A stretch of DNA of 63,770 bases, filler included, from Reticulomyxa filosa (lineage: Eukaryota; Protista; Foraminifera), in assembly GCA_000512085.1 (NCBI GenBank). It is 16 parts of 16 records of this genome, joined end to end, with 100 filler letters (N's around TTAATTAATTAA, not from the genome) between each part and the next. Parts side by side here need not be neighbours in the genome. Positions count along the whole stretch, not along the records: positions 20,874 to 22,526 come from ASPP01014989.1; positions 22,627 to 26,953 come from ASPP01018052.1; positions 27,054 to 28,769 come from ASPP01008614.1; positions 28,870 to 34,654 come from ASPP01006575.1; 12 more parts are not named here. One strand, written 5' to 3'. The position numbers and the translations under genes are program-made. Of this stretch, positions 20,874 to 33,119 are shown piece by piece; positions within the stretch are counted from its first letter, which is position 1; the number at the start of each line of letters is the position of its first letter. The notes beneath the pieces are model-generated. The model saw only the letters and a list, made by a program, of their open reading frames with translations, made no database searches and had not been told where the DNA came from.

Positions 20874-22526
20874 GGCCCTTTCTTGTTACATAGGCGCGTC
20901 GCTGCTCTGTTGCAGTGCGGAGACGTACAGTGGCAACGGGAAGGAGATGAAAAGTGAAACGAGAAATGGACGCAGACATGGCAATGACGACGATGACAGT
21001 GGCGAGGGAGGGGATAACAACCGCCGTGACCATGGCAATGATAACAATAACAATGGTGACAACAACAATGGTGACAACAATAACAACAATAACAGGCCCA
21101 GCGAAAGCAAAAGTGCATCAGTGACCGCTAATATAAACTTGGCGATACATCGCAAAGCGCAGATCAAAACGAACATTGAAGAAATGAGACGTTTGTTGAA
21201 CAAGCTAGAAGTGCCACCCGAACAACACTCGTGGATCTCGCAATTGGTGGGCAAATACAATACTCATCAACTCAAGTCCATCAGTCTCGGTGACGCCATC
21301 GATTACGTTTATTCCTGTTTCGATTTCCCACTTGATCCTGCTGAACAAGGTTATCATATATGCAAATATATATATATATATATACATATATATAAAAATA
21401 TGCGTATATATGATATAAAAAAATTTGAAATGATTGAAACAGATTTACTACGTTGGAATGTGTCCAACTTGGAATACGGATGCGGCACGAATATTCGTAA
21501 TGTGTCACTGATGCATTGGGATCAAGACGACGAGTTTGGATTCACAGGGAGTCACGTGATGCTGTGTCATGGCTACATTCCGCTGATCGAGTCGCTGATG
21601 TACAATCGACCGCACTACACGTGGGACGACGAGCGGAACAGTCTCGCACCTTTCAACGAGAATGGGCATTACTTTGACGAGCTGAGGCCCGACGTGAAGA
21701 AGAAGAGCAACCACAAGAATAGCAATAACAATGGCAATAACAATAACAATAACAATAACAATAATAATAGCAATAACAATAACAATGACAATAACAATAA
21801 GAACAGCCCTTCATGTAACACAAACAAACGCACAAGCATGAGCAAAGGAAACGAGGATGATATTCAAGAACAGCCCAAGCCTTTGTTCCCCGTGCATCTC
21901 AATACCCAAGTGGTCAAAGTCAAATACACCACTCTCAAGCAGCACGGGGAAAGACGTGTCTTTGTTTATTGCGAAGATGGCACCGAATTCCAAGGCGATG
22001 CGTGTTTAATCACTGTTCCTTTGGGTGTTTTACAAACCAAGTTTATATATAATACATATACATATATATATATAAACATATATATGTACATATATATGTT
22101 TATATATGTATATAAATATATATATGTATGTATATGTATAATATAGCATGATCAAATTTGATCCACCAATGCCGACTTGGAAACAAACAGCCATTCGCTT
22201 AATGGGCATGGGCAACTTGAACAAGCTGTCATTGCGATTTCCCAAGGTGTTTTGGCCCAACAAGCCAATCTTTGGCTACGTGCGTCCTTTCGACGCCCTC
22301 ACAAGTACTCCCAGCAATTCCCACGCGCCCTTTTACCATCACCACGATAGCAGAGGCCGCTTCTTCATGTGGTGGAATCTGCACATTGTCACCGGCGAGC
22401 CCGTGTTGATCACCCTGTGCGCCGGAGACGAAGCGGACATTGTGCAGTCCATTCCCGATCAAGAGTTGATCGACGAGGCGTTTGCCATTTTGAAACGAGT
22501 TTTACTTTTTTTAAAAAATTTAAAAA
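20874..22526 (+). CDS. KDM1: LSD1/KDM1-type flavin amine oxidase (histone demethylase), internal fragment
   Basis: LLRWNVSNLEYGCG..SLMHWDQDDEFGFTGSH..GY, GDACLITVPLGVLQ, FDPPMPTWKQTAI..GMGNLNKLSLRFPKVFW, RGRFFMWWN. Introns are (TA)n-rich. Confidence 0.88.
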
Positions 22527-22687
22527 NNNNNNNNNNNNNNNNNNNNNNNNNNNNNNNNNNNNNNNNNNNNTTAATTAATTAANNNNNNNNNNNNNNNNNN
22601 NNNNNNNNNNNNNNNNNNNNNNNNNNATACATTTACGTATACGCCACACACACATACGCATGTACGAATGATTGGCATCAAAGATAG

Positions 22688-23647
22688 GCCTTACGTGTAG
22701 CAAGAGTCGAGTTCGAAGACTGCATTAACTGGCACAGCATGATAATCGGAGGGGCTTTGTTGGGGACAGGGATGACCGTTTGTGGCGCGTGTCCAGGCAT
22801 GGTGTTGATCCAGACCGGGGCAGGAGTCACCACGTCAGTATACACATTGACCGGTGGCATGGTTGGCGCGTTCGCCTTTGGTTTGTGCGAGCCCTTGTTG
22901 CGGCCTTGGATTTCAAAGGCCGACATACGTCCCAAGTTTGTGGAGCACATGTCCAAACTCGAGGGTGTCTTTACGTATCCCGTTTTGGCGTTTGCTCTTG
23001 GTTGTGCTTTGCACACCTTTGCTTTTGCCATCGAAGTCTTGGTCCCATGGAAGTCCGAACTGCCGGAGAAAAATGTCACTACTTGCAATATTTTCACTTG
23101 TCGTTATTGGCCTCCTCACTTGGCTGGTGCTATCATCGGATTGTTACAAATACCTTGTCTTTTGGTGTTTGGAAGTACATTAGGTATAATTTTTTTTTTT
23201 TTTTTTTTTTTTGTTTAGTGATGATTGAAAACCACTTTGTGTATACGTTGCTAAAAAAAAAATGATTCAATAAAAGGTGGTTCCAGCTCCTATGTTTGCG
23301 TCACTGGCCAGTGCCTACGTACTCTTCCCACATCGGTCCAAGATGTCTTCCCAGCGATTAAGGCGCACTTTCATCGGTGGTGGCAGGTCTGCTATGTCAC
23401 CAGCGCCATTGTGGGATCCTTCGTTGCCAGTGCCATTGCTGCTGGTAGCCCTGCACCGAATCGTATGCCAATGTCAACACAAAGGGCCTTTGTTGGTGGC
23501 TTCCTCATGCTGTTTGGCGCAAGGCTGGCTCAAGGATGCACTAGTGGTCATGGCATCTCCGGCTTGGGCTTGCTCTCCGTTGCGAGCTTTGCTTGTGTCG
23601 CTGCCATGTTCGCTGGTGGAATTGTTGTCACGCTCATTGCTTTGTGA
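22688..23647 (+). CDS. YeeE/YedE-family (TsuA-like) sulfur-compound transporter, 5'-truncated; intron 23184-23276
   Basis: GGALLGTGMTVCGACPG and GGFLMLFGARLAQGCTSGHGISG are the two conserved Cys motifs. LG|GSSSY is restored across the intron. Confidence 0.88.
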
Positions 23648-23979
23648 TTAGGTGTCATTTCATTCGTTTTTGTGCATTTTTACTCGTTTGGATTGGTTGA
23701 TTTGGTTTTGTGTTAGTGTCATAAACTTTCACTTTTTCTGTTAACTAAACAATAAAGCCAAAACAATGTGCAAAGGCTAAGTTTTCAATTTTTTAATGGC
23801 TATGAACATTTTCAAAAAAGTGTACGAAACATCAATATTGTGAATAACACATTTTGTAAAGTGTCATTTTTTGGAACTTTTGTTTTTAGTAAACGTTGAA
23901 ACTGTTAACAAAGGACAAAACTGCTTGTTCAGGTTTTGGGGGTTGTTCAATTGATAAGGATATCTAAAAAAAACTTGTA

Positions 23980-25048
23980 ATGACCAAGGCTTGGTGGGCT
24001 GGATTTTTGGCTGGCTCTTTTCATGCTGTTAGTGGTGTTGATCACCTGGCCGCATTATTGCCTCTTTCATTAAGCAAAGGCACAGCAGCCTACAAGCAAG
24101 GTATGTTACTCCTTTTGTCCTTGAACAAAGAAAAAAATTGGTTGTAATGTGAAAACTTGGTCTCGATAGGTGCTTTATGGGGCTTAGGTACGTAGTCTAC
24201 TGATGAGTAGGGCAAGGGCAAGAAACGTCGACTTGGTAGTTGAACACCTCTTTTTTTGGGCGAGGAATGTGATTTTCTTGCAAGTATTGTGTGTGTGTCA
24301 TTTGTAAAAATTGTAAGGCCATGGCTTGGGATGTTCAGTTGTTGGAGTGATTGGAGTATTGTTGAAAAATTATTTTGATATGCAAATGCTAAGTGAATAT
24401 ATGGAATTGGTGGTTGGATTTTCATTGATTTTAATTGGCGTACTGGGTATCCAAAAGAGCAATCGCCATCGATCAAAGTCGTATTATGCCTTGTTACCAA
24501 TCCAAGAACCGTCCAAACACTTTACCTTTTCTTCTCTTGAATCGCAACACAATACCATTTTGGGAGATAATATTTTTCAATACCCAATCGAACCAACGTA
24601 CAAAAAAAGTTCATTGCCAGCGAACAGACGATCATTTCGTTGCTATTTTCAAAACTTAACCTCGTTTATACGCTCGTGGACACCTGAGTTTTGTTACAAA
24701 CTGAAAGAACAAAGCGAAAGCAATATGGACTCCTTGTTGGTTAACACAAACACAACCATTTTTTTCACAGGTGTTATTCACGGCGTAAGCGGACAAGGAC
24801 ATATCCTTGGCGTTTTGCCTGCTCTGACTTTTACAAAAATTGCCTCAGGCGTTATGTTTCTGCTTGCTTTTTGTGTGGGGACTCTTTTGAGTATGAGTGT
24901 CGTTACAATGGGCTTGGGCTATTTGGGAATGAAATTATCTCAAACCAACAAACATTTGCCACAGAAATTATCTACAATCGCAAGTGTTTTTGCCATTGTC
25001 ATTGGTTTCGTTTGGCTTACTTTTCCTCTGCTAAGGTGGTTTTTCTAA
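23980..25048 (+). CDS. UreH/NiCoT-like nickel/cobalt transporter-family membrane protein; exons 23980-24100, 24170-24187, 24318-25048
   Basis: GFLAGSFHAVSGVDHLAALLP, GALWGLGH (assembled across two introns), GVIHGVSGQGHILGVLPAL, FCVGTLLSMS. Confidence 0.82.
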
Positions 25049-25544
25049 AACACTACTCTTTTGTCATCAAAACTAGAGCACGATTGTATATTGCATCAAT
25101 TTTCAACAGACCTCATTCGTTACACCTTTGTTGACTTGCCTGGGACTTAATATCATTGGCATTGTAGAATATTACCCTACAAGTACATTTTTATTACAAT
25201 AACCTTTTTGTGCATTTGAAATTAAATTTTGTCACGTATTTGACGTATGGGAAATAGAGCCACCAAATGGAATGTTGTATTTGTTAGAATCTAGATAAGT
25301 TGAGTTTGCTTCTAAATCCACAGCAAATGAAAACCCTAAATTCAATGAAACAAAAACAAAATACTTGAACAGTATTTATGGAATCTACGGAGAAAAAAAC
25401 TAACAGGTGTTAGTTGACCCAAATTGACAATTTAGTGCATTCAATTTATAGTAGTGAAAAAAAAACAGTAAATGGGTTCTCATAAGACGTCTGACAGTTG
25501 AACGTGCAAGGGAAGAATATGATCCCGCGCAAAGCTTAATTATA

Positions 25545-26900
25545 TTACGTGTCATATCCCTTGTACTCTTCTGGTTGCATTTTAAACAATCCCTCAGCAC
25601 GATCCAGCTGTTCAATAGGTCTCTCCAGTTCGTGATAAATTGCGTCATTATCTTTTTGTGCGCTGAACAAGTCACAAGTTACATATAAACACATATGACG
25701 TGCTGTACACAGAAATAAAATGAGAGATAACAAAAGCATGCCTATCCAGCAATGTGTTGATAGATACAAGCTGTCTTTGCAAGGAAACGTTTAATCCTTC
25801 CAAATATTGATTCATTTCTGTTTTCTTTTTTGGGAATTCTATTTCTTTCAATGTTACTTTGGCAATTTTGAAATACGTAACACAGTCTCCCCATAACCTT
25901 GCAGAATCAACCAAAACAAATTTTTTTTTTTTTTTGAAAAAAAAAAAGATGTAGTTGTTAGATTAGTTTCTTGCTTGTGACAATATTTGTGCAAAACTTT
26001 TTCTCTCGAGCAAATTTGCCTTGATATTTTAATGCAATGGCTTTGTACAATGAAGCACGAATTCGAAGATAATGACGAAAGTCGGAGGAAATCGAGTCCA
26101 CGTGGGCATTGCCCAAACTGGAATCGAGTTGTTTGTGTAAGCTATCCAACTTATCTGCGATTCCTTGCGCCAACTTGGCAGTTACCGCACTTGATTTATC
26201 CGTTTGCACTGCCAGTTGCACCATAAATTCCTGAGCATTCACTAATGCTAAGCTACAAGAGGTGAGAGTGATACACACAAAAGTTATCCCAATAAAATTC
26301 TCTCCTCTTTCTCCTCTCTCTCTCTCTCTTTTTGTCTTATCACAATTGCAATACAATACAATATAAAGAAAGTAACACATGCACATTACCTTGACAAAAT
26401 CGCAGCCATGTCTCGAAAGACTTCTGGAATCACTTGAAATTCTTTTGTAACTTCAATGGCTTTGTTATTGGAATTGTACACATATATATATGTATATATA
26501 TGTATATATATATATATTATATATTATATACATATACGTGTATATATGTTTATGAATACAAAGATATCATTGTGTATGAAGAAAAGCAATTTGAGAATCA
26601 TGTTCTATCTCAAATGAACATATAAAAAAAAAGAAATAAACCTTGAAAACAAAAACTAACATAAAGTTTCTCTGCACAATAATTCCAAATGGCAGCCGCT
26701 TTTTTTAAATGTTGAGATATTACTTTGATTTTTTCCGTGTCATCAAATATTTTTGGATCTTTTTTTTCTACGGGCTCGTCGAATATTGGATCATACGACG
26801 GTGTTTTTTCCTCCTTTTTTTTTTTTGCCGACTCTTGGCGATTTTCATGATGAATTTTTGTTGCCAGTTGATAGTGTGCCAAACCCAATGTCTACAGTAT
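25545..26900 (-). CDS. BRO1-domain (BROX/ALIX-like) protein, 5'-truncated, multi-exon
   Basis: HLKKAAAIWNY, LALVNAQE, AKLAQG, YKAIALKYQG, WGDCV and KDNDAIYHE are BRO1 hallmarks. Confidence 0.8.
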
Positions 26901-27053
26901 TGTGTGTTTTTATTTGTGGCTCATTTTTTTTTTTTTTTTTTTTTTTAAAAAAANNNNNNNNNNNNNNNNNNNNNNNNNNNNNNNNNNNNNNNNNNNNTTA
27001 ATTAATTAANNNNNNNNNNNNNNNNNNNNNNNNNNNNNNNNNNNNNNNNNNNN

Positions 27054-27398
27054 CGTAATCAGCCAGGCCAGTGAAGGCGCCAGCACGCAGCCGATCGAGG
27101 CCAGGGAGAAGACAACCAGGCCCCAGCGATAGACCGTGCGGTAGCCCACGATGTCGCCCAGCGCCGCGATCGGCAGCAGCATGATCATCAGGGCGATCTG
27201 GTAGGCGTTGACGATCCAGATCGAACTCTCCGCCGTGATCGCGAGGTCGTTCGCGATGTACGGCAGGGCGAGATTGGTCATCGAGTTGCTGAGCACCGCC
27301 ATCGACAGGCCGATGGTGATGGTCGCCACGGCGGCGAGACGCCTCGGCCCCGCCGGCATGCCGTCGGGGAGCGGACCGGCTGGAGCGGGTTCGGCCAT
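27054..27398 (-). CDS. Bacterial MFS transporter (DHA2/EmrB-like), 3'-truncated
   Basis: MAVLSNSMTNLALPYIA..WIVNAYQ..ALGDIVGYR..GLVVFSLAS; high GC, no introns. Confidence 0.88.
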
Positions 27399-27401
27399 CT
27401 G

Positions 27402-28277
27402 TTACTGCGGGACCGTCAGTTCGTCGCCGCCGATGGTCGTGCGCTGCATCAGGCGCTTGTGCTTGGTCGCATCGTAATAGGTGGCGCGATGCAGCACGGC
27501 GCGATTGTCCCAGACGATCACGTCGCCCTCGCGCCAGGCATGGGACATCATGAACTCCGGCTGCTCGGCGCGCTGCGCCAGCTCCCACAGGATCGCCTTC
27601 GAGATCGGTTCGGGCCAGTCGAGGATGCGGCCGGCATGGGCGCCGATATAGAGCGCGCGGCGGCCGTTGATGGGATTGTCGCGGAACATGCGCTGCTTGA
27701 CCGGCGGCAGCTCCGACAGCGACTTGGCGCTCAGGATGCCCTTCTGAACGCGGTCGCGCGAATGGGCCAGCGCATGCTCGGCGACCAGCGGATGGATCGT
27801 CGCCTGCAGGGCGGGCGGCAGTGCGTCCCAGGCTGCGCGCATGTTCAGGAACTCGGTATTGCCGCCCTCAGGGGGGCAGATCCGCGCCGTCAGGATCGAA
27901 CACAGCGACGGGATGCGCTTGAAGGACGAGTCCGAATGCCAGAAGTAGTTGGCCTTCTGGTAGATCATGCGCATGTCGTCCGGCGGGATCGGCTCGCCGG
28001 TCATGATGTCGAGGTTGGACTGGCGCGCGAACTTGGTGCCGGCGGCGGGATTGGCGCTGAGCGTCGTCTCGAGCGGCCCGAAATTCTCGCTGAAGGCGAT
28101 CTGCGTGTCGTCGTCCATCGCCTGGTCGCGGAACAGGAGCACGGAGTGCTCCTCGAAGGCGGCGCGGATCGGCCCGAATTCGCGCGCCGAGAGCGGACGC
28201 GTGATGTCGATGCCGCTGATCTCCGCGCCGAACAGCGGATGGAGCTTGCGGACTTCGATGCTGCCGGTGTTGCGCAT
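27402..28277 (-). CDS. Bacterial TauD/TfdA-family Fe(II)/2-oxoglutarate dioxygenase
   Basis: FGAEISGID, HSVLLFRDQ, WHSDSSF (HxD), GGNTEF, GDVIVWDNRAVLHR. Shine-Dalgarno-like GAGGG upstream of the ATG. Confidence 0.93.
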   Translation of the reverse strand: MRNTGSIEVRKLHPLFGAEISGIDITRPLSAREFGPIRAAFEEHSVLLFRDQAMDDDTQIAFSENFGPLETTLSANPAAGTKFARQSNLDIMTGEPIPPDDMRMIYQKANYFWHSDSSFKRIPSLCSILTARICPPEGGNTEFLNMRAAWDALPPALQATIHPLVAEHALAHSRDRVQKGILSAKSLSELPPVKQRMFRDNPINGRRALYIGAHAGRILDWPEPISKAILWELAQRAEQPEFMMSHAWREGDVIVWDNRAVLHRATYYDATKHKRLMQRTTIGGDELTVPQ

Positions 28278-28288
28278 GGCGTTGGCCC

Positions 28289-28769
28289 TCAGTCGATGAT
28301 CGCCTGGTAGGTGAGCACGCGCAGCTCGCGCCGGATCGGATAGGTCGACGAGGGCATGAGCTGCGTCAGCAGCACCACGGCCATGTCCTCGACCGGGTCG
28401 ATCCAGAAGGCGGTGGAGGCGGCGCCGCCCCAGGCATATTCGCCGGGCGTGCCGGCGATGTAGGCCTTGGCCGGGTCGAGCATCACCGAGAAGCCGAGGC
28501 CGAAGCCGATGCCGGTGTAGGTCGATTCCGAGAAGCGCGGCGTGCCCATGTCGGCCATGTCGCCCTTGAGATGGTTCATGGTCATCAGCTCGACCGTCTT
28601 GCGGCCGAGCAGCCGCACGCCGTCGAGCTCGCCCTTGTTCAGCATGAACTTGCAGAAGCGCAGATAGTCGGATGCCGTCGAGACGAGGCCGCCGCCGCCG
28701 GAATTCACCTTGCGCGGCGCGAGGTAACGGCTCTTGGCCGGATCGTCGATCAGGTCGAGCCTGCCGCCG
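28289..28769 (-). CDS. Bacterial beta-lactamase-family serine hydrolase, 5'-truncated
   Basis: SGGGGLVSTASDYLRF..GFGLGF..GEYAWGGAASTAFWIDP. Confidence 0.9.
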
Positions 28770-28942
28770 NNNNNNNNNNNNNNNNNNNNNNNNNNNNNNN
28801 NNNNNNNNNNNNNTTAATTAATTAANNNNNNNNNNNNNNNNNNNNNNNNNNNNNNNNNNNNNNNNNNNNAAAAAAAAAAAAAAAAAAACAAACGAAACTT
28901 GCGTTTGCGATTTTTTTTCTCAGTTGACGTCTCCTCCGATCT

Positions 28943-30133
28943 CTAATTGGTATTGTCATAGATAACACAACAAACAAAGGAGATTGGACGATAGACAGAT
29001 TTGACAACGGAAAACATAGAGAAGAATACCGCAAGTGGATTAGCGTGGTCATCATTTGGACCGGGGTAGTACGAGTACTGAGGCAGAGATGGAGGCTGCG
29101 ATTGATATTGAGATTGAGATTGGGATTGGAGTTGGGACTGCAGTTGTGGTTGTGGTTGTGGTTGTGGTTGATATGAGTATTGATATTGAAACGAAGATGG
29201 GGGCTGGGGTTGGGCCTGAGATTGGATTTGAGCTTGTGTTTGAGGTTGAGAGGGCGAGGGGTGATATATGGCCATCGATGGATTGACCAAATGCACTTGA
29301 ATGGGCTGAATGGTAGTGGGGTACATGGAGATCCTTGGATCAATTAGGCCATTGTCAGTCGGGCCGGTGGGCGAAGACTTCAAGTTCAATGATGGCAACG
29401 GTCTTTTTGGTGACGCTTTGGACACACGGGCTTTGCCATGCTTGGTCATCGACTGATGGTTCTTTCGACTCTTCGTGCTTCGCGCTTGAGATGAGTCTTC
29501 CGTAGCATGTTGTTCTATTGCCACTGACGCTTTTGGACTCACCACGGGGGTTTTGTCACGCGTCTGTGAGGCTTCGATTTCTTTCACTTTTTGCTTCTTT
29601 GTTTTCGCTTTGGAATTTGCACTTGCATTTGCATTTGCATTTACATTTGCATTTACATTTGTATTCGTATTTGTATTTGTATTTGTATTCGTATTAATAT
29701 TTGTATTCGTATTAATATTTGTATTTGCATTTGTATTTGCATTTGCATTTACGTTTGCTCTTGCTTTCGAAGTCTCTGGTCTTCTTTTTGACATTGTCAA
29801 TTGCGTCTCATTCCATTCGCTTCGATCCTTTGTCTCTCGCTCTTCTGGTGTTCCACTGCTATTGGCAGGATATTGCCCATATACGTTTCTATTCTCGTCA
29901 ACCTCATTGTAGTTGTAATTGTAATTGTAATTGTTGGAATTGTTGTTGCTATGACCGCCATGCTTTGCCCTTTTTTTGGAGGACTTGCTTGGCTCAGGCC
30001 CCCTTCCGCTCACTTCGTCCCCTCCTCCTCCATTTTTTACACTCTTTTCGTTGTATTCTTTTGCGCTTTTTTTACCCCTGTTTTCGACTACAATTGACGC
30101 CGGGCTCTTATTGCGCTTGTGGTGCTGGCCGTT

Positions 30134-30170
<37 letters not shown>

Positions 30171-30360
30171 TATTGTAGTCGTCTCGATTGTTGTTGTTAC
30201 CGTTGCTGTCGTTGGGTGTTAGACGAGCGCCTCTCGTGGAACTCGTTGGTTGCTTCGTACCACGCTTTGTCCTTTGATTGTCATGGGATTTATGTTGACC
30301 ACTGAATCCGTCCCTGGGATCTCGATTATATGGTCCAAACGACGCTTCGGCTGAAGCCAT
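28943..30360 (-). CDS. Hypothetical low-complexity protein (N-, NA/NT- and QP/QS-repeat rich), probably 3'-truncated
   Basis: The ATG 30360 ORF joins the 30013-28943 frame if one A is removed near 30168. Codon-phase microsatellites such as (AAC)n and (GCAAAT)n are present. Confidence 0.6.
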
Positions 30361-30894
30361 TTATTTTGTTTTTTTTTTTTTTTGAAGGCTGTAAAATTTT
30401 GACGGTTTTCACTGTTTTTTTATTTTCATCCCACAAATACTTTTTAGTTTTTATTTTGAATCATTAATATAATTTTTTATTTTTAAACTTGTACTTGTCA
30501 ATACATTTTCATCACCTTACCTAATTGTTGATATTTAAGAGTTTATTCAGATACAACCACTTAGTTTTGTGAAAAAATGCAAAAATTGAAATTAAACAAA
30601 AAAAAATTTCTAAATTTAAACGATAAGAGCAAACCCATCAAAGCACACCAAATTATGTTTACATCCTAGCATCTGTGTTTGATTTTCTTATCACTCGATC
30701 CGAAAAAGGAGATTAAAAAAATTGTACAAAAGAAAAACTATTTTCCACCCACAACTATAGACATAAGATCTTGACAATGACAATTAAAAACTACTTCTGG
30801 TTGTTATACCAGCTACAAAGACCTAACAAACGTCAACACGATACTTGTGAATTTTTTAGTGACAAAAAATTAAAAACTACAAAACTTGAACTTT

Positions 30895-32546
30895 TCATTG
30901 CAAAATAAATTGATTGTTTCCACACTGATGGCACGGAATAGGCTGTATAATGCAATTGCTTGGACAATTGAATAGCAAAGGACTATTACAAAAATAGCAC
31001 TTGGCGTCAAAAAACCATTGACTTTCAGTAATACTGTTGCTGCTTTTGTTTTTAGCCGAACTTGTGTCCAATTCAAAGTTATACAAACTCAACAAACTAC
31101 CACTTGAAAAGGCAGCTTGGTTGTCGCGTATTTTGTTGTGTTCACGAGGGACGAGATCATTACTTGCAATAATTTCATCACTTATGTCCACAGGAACAAC
31201 ATTTTCACCATCAGCAAATAAGATTGGTGATGGTGGACACGACAAGGATGGAGACAAAGCCGTGTTCAAAGGATTGCAAAATGCGTCTTGCACTCCACTT
31301 TTGCAATTCGAAAGTGAGTTGCTTTTTGTATGTTGTAGTTTTGTGACGAGCGGACTTTCAAGTCTGGAACGGGTTGTTATCAGATTGGTTGGAGTTTGAA
31401 GGTTGATTACATTCAAACTTAAAGCAGGGGCTTGAGAAACCGTTACATACTTGTTTGAAGGTGTATGAATATCGTTATTGTTTTTGTTGTTAACTACTTC
31501 AATATTGCTTTTTGTGAGACTTTGTTGTTGATGTTTCGGTTGGTAAGGATCGGCATAATCCACACGAATAGGTCGATTGTGGATGATACAGCCATCCAAA
31601 GCAATGGCACGATCTATTGATGCCTCGTCCTTGAATTCAACATAGCAAAATCTGAAAAGTTCATAAAAAAAAATCAAAACAATTTTTTTTCACAGAGAAA
31701 ATTTAAATTGCATGACAAAATTCATACCCTCTTGAGAGCTGTGAAAACTTTTGACGCACAATCCTTATTGCCACGACCTCTCCACAGTCTCTAAATATGC
31801 GATGTATGTCTTGCTCTAACGTTTCAAATGGAACGTTGCCGACATAGACAGTACGGCAATTGTGTGGCTTAACACCTTGCGATATTCTTTTCGTATTTGG
31901 ATATAAAAATTACAGTTGTAATAAACACAAAAGAACAAAAAAAAGCTGTTTAAACAAAAAACACAAAAAAATATGAATTCCGAAACTTGTTGGATTCTCT
32001 TGTAAGATGTTCATATTCTTGTCTTGGTGTTAAACTGTGCAATAGTAATAAGGTTTTTGAACAATTATTTGTAGTGTTTTGGTTTTCATTGACCACATTG
32101 CTGGCATTAGGGGTATTTATTTTTCCTTTGTTTCTACGCACTTCGATGTTCCTGTATCAACAACACGGAATATTTTTGTCCGCCAGTGCAAGGTGTTTTC
32201 GAAGCCTCAAAAAAAAATTGCCAGCTCCATTTTTTTTTTTAAACTACCTTCCCATAAGTTCGCTCCCATCCAATTGGCAAGCACGTAATACTTCGTTGTT
32301 GTCCGAAAATTTTACAAAACAATAGCCTTTCAGTTTGCTACTTGTTAAATCTCTAGGTAGGGTAATCCTTTCGATCTTTCCACATTGCGAAAAGTGATCA
32401 TAGATGTCCTGCTCTCTTGCTTGGTAGGATATATTGCGCACGTACACTTCCAACATCGAATCGGGTCCATGTGTAAATCCTCCCGCTTGCCATCTGTTAA
32501 CCAGCTCATGTATGTTCTGCTGCGAGTTGTGAAAGTTTTCACTCAT
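30895..32546 (-). CDS. RNA-binding protein with two RRMs and a C-terminal CxxC..CxxC motif, multi-exon
   Basis: RRM1 VYVRNI..KGYCFVKF; RRM2 VYVGNV..SRG|FCYVEF..IRVDYA; tail CYFC..CHQC. Confidence 0.85.
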
Positions 32547-33119
32547 CAATATAAGTAGCTGTTGTGTTCACTTTTTGTAAAGTTTGTTTATCTCAAAGCA
32601 GTTTTATGTTGAGTCATTGCTCCGATTTTGAGACATACTTATGGCTGATCATGAGCTAATATTATTTTATGGTGCGGGAAAATAGATTTTTGATGCAAAA
32701 ATATTTGAACAAAAGAATCAGCAATATCTTTTTTTTTCTTCGGAGAGTGTCAATTGACGACTAAAGCAATTTTCAAAAATAAAACTTTTGTATTGTAACA
32801 ATTCACAAGCGGACAACTACATTAATAAACCATAACTTTGAAAGGAAATGACAGACACAAAAGATCCGAGGGAATATCATATCAAAGATGATAATAATAA
32901 AAAATAAAAAAAATTTGCAAAAAGACAACAAACACAAGTCAAATAAAACAAAAATAAGAATATGATTTTGAAAGGGGAAAAGATGTAAATAAATAGAAAG
33001 ACATCAAAAAAAAAGCAAACAGCAAAAAAAGAAAAAAAAAAAATAGCAAATGATGTGCAGTCTCGCATACACACCATTAATGTTATTGGCACAAAGGGGG
33101 AAAAGAAGCGTGAGTCAAA

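Noticed and set aside
27459-28310. Long antisense ORFs over the TauD gene
   Set aside because: These are shadow ORFs typical of high-GC DNA, with no motifs.
27054-28769. Horizontal transfer of the bacterial operon into the host genome
   Set aside because: It is a separate contig with no host flanks, introns or compositional amelioration.
29553-29912. Plus-strand FAFAFTFV / ICICI repeat ORFs
   Set aside because: They are antisense or alternative-frame readings of a hexamer microsatellite that encodes NA/NT repeats on the minus strand.
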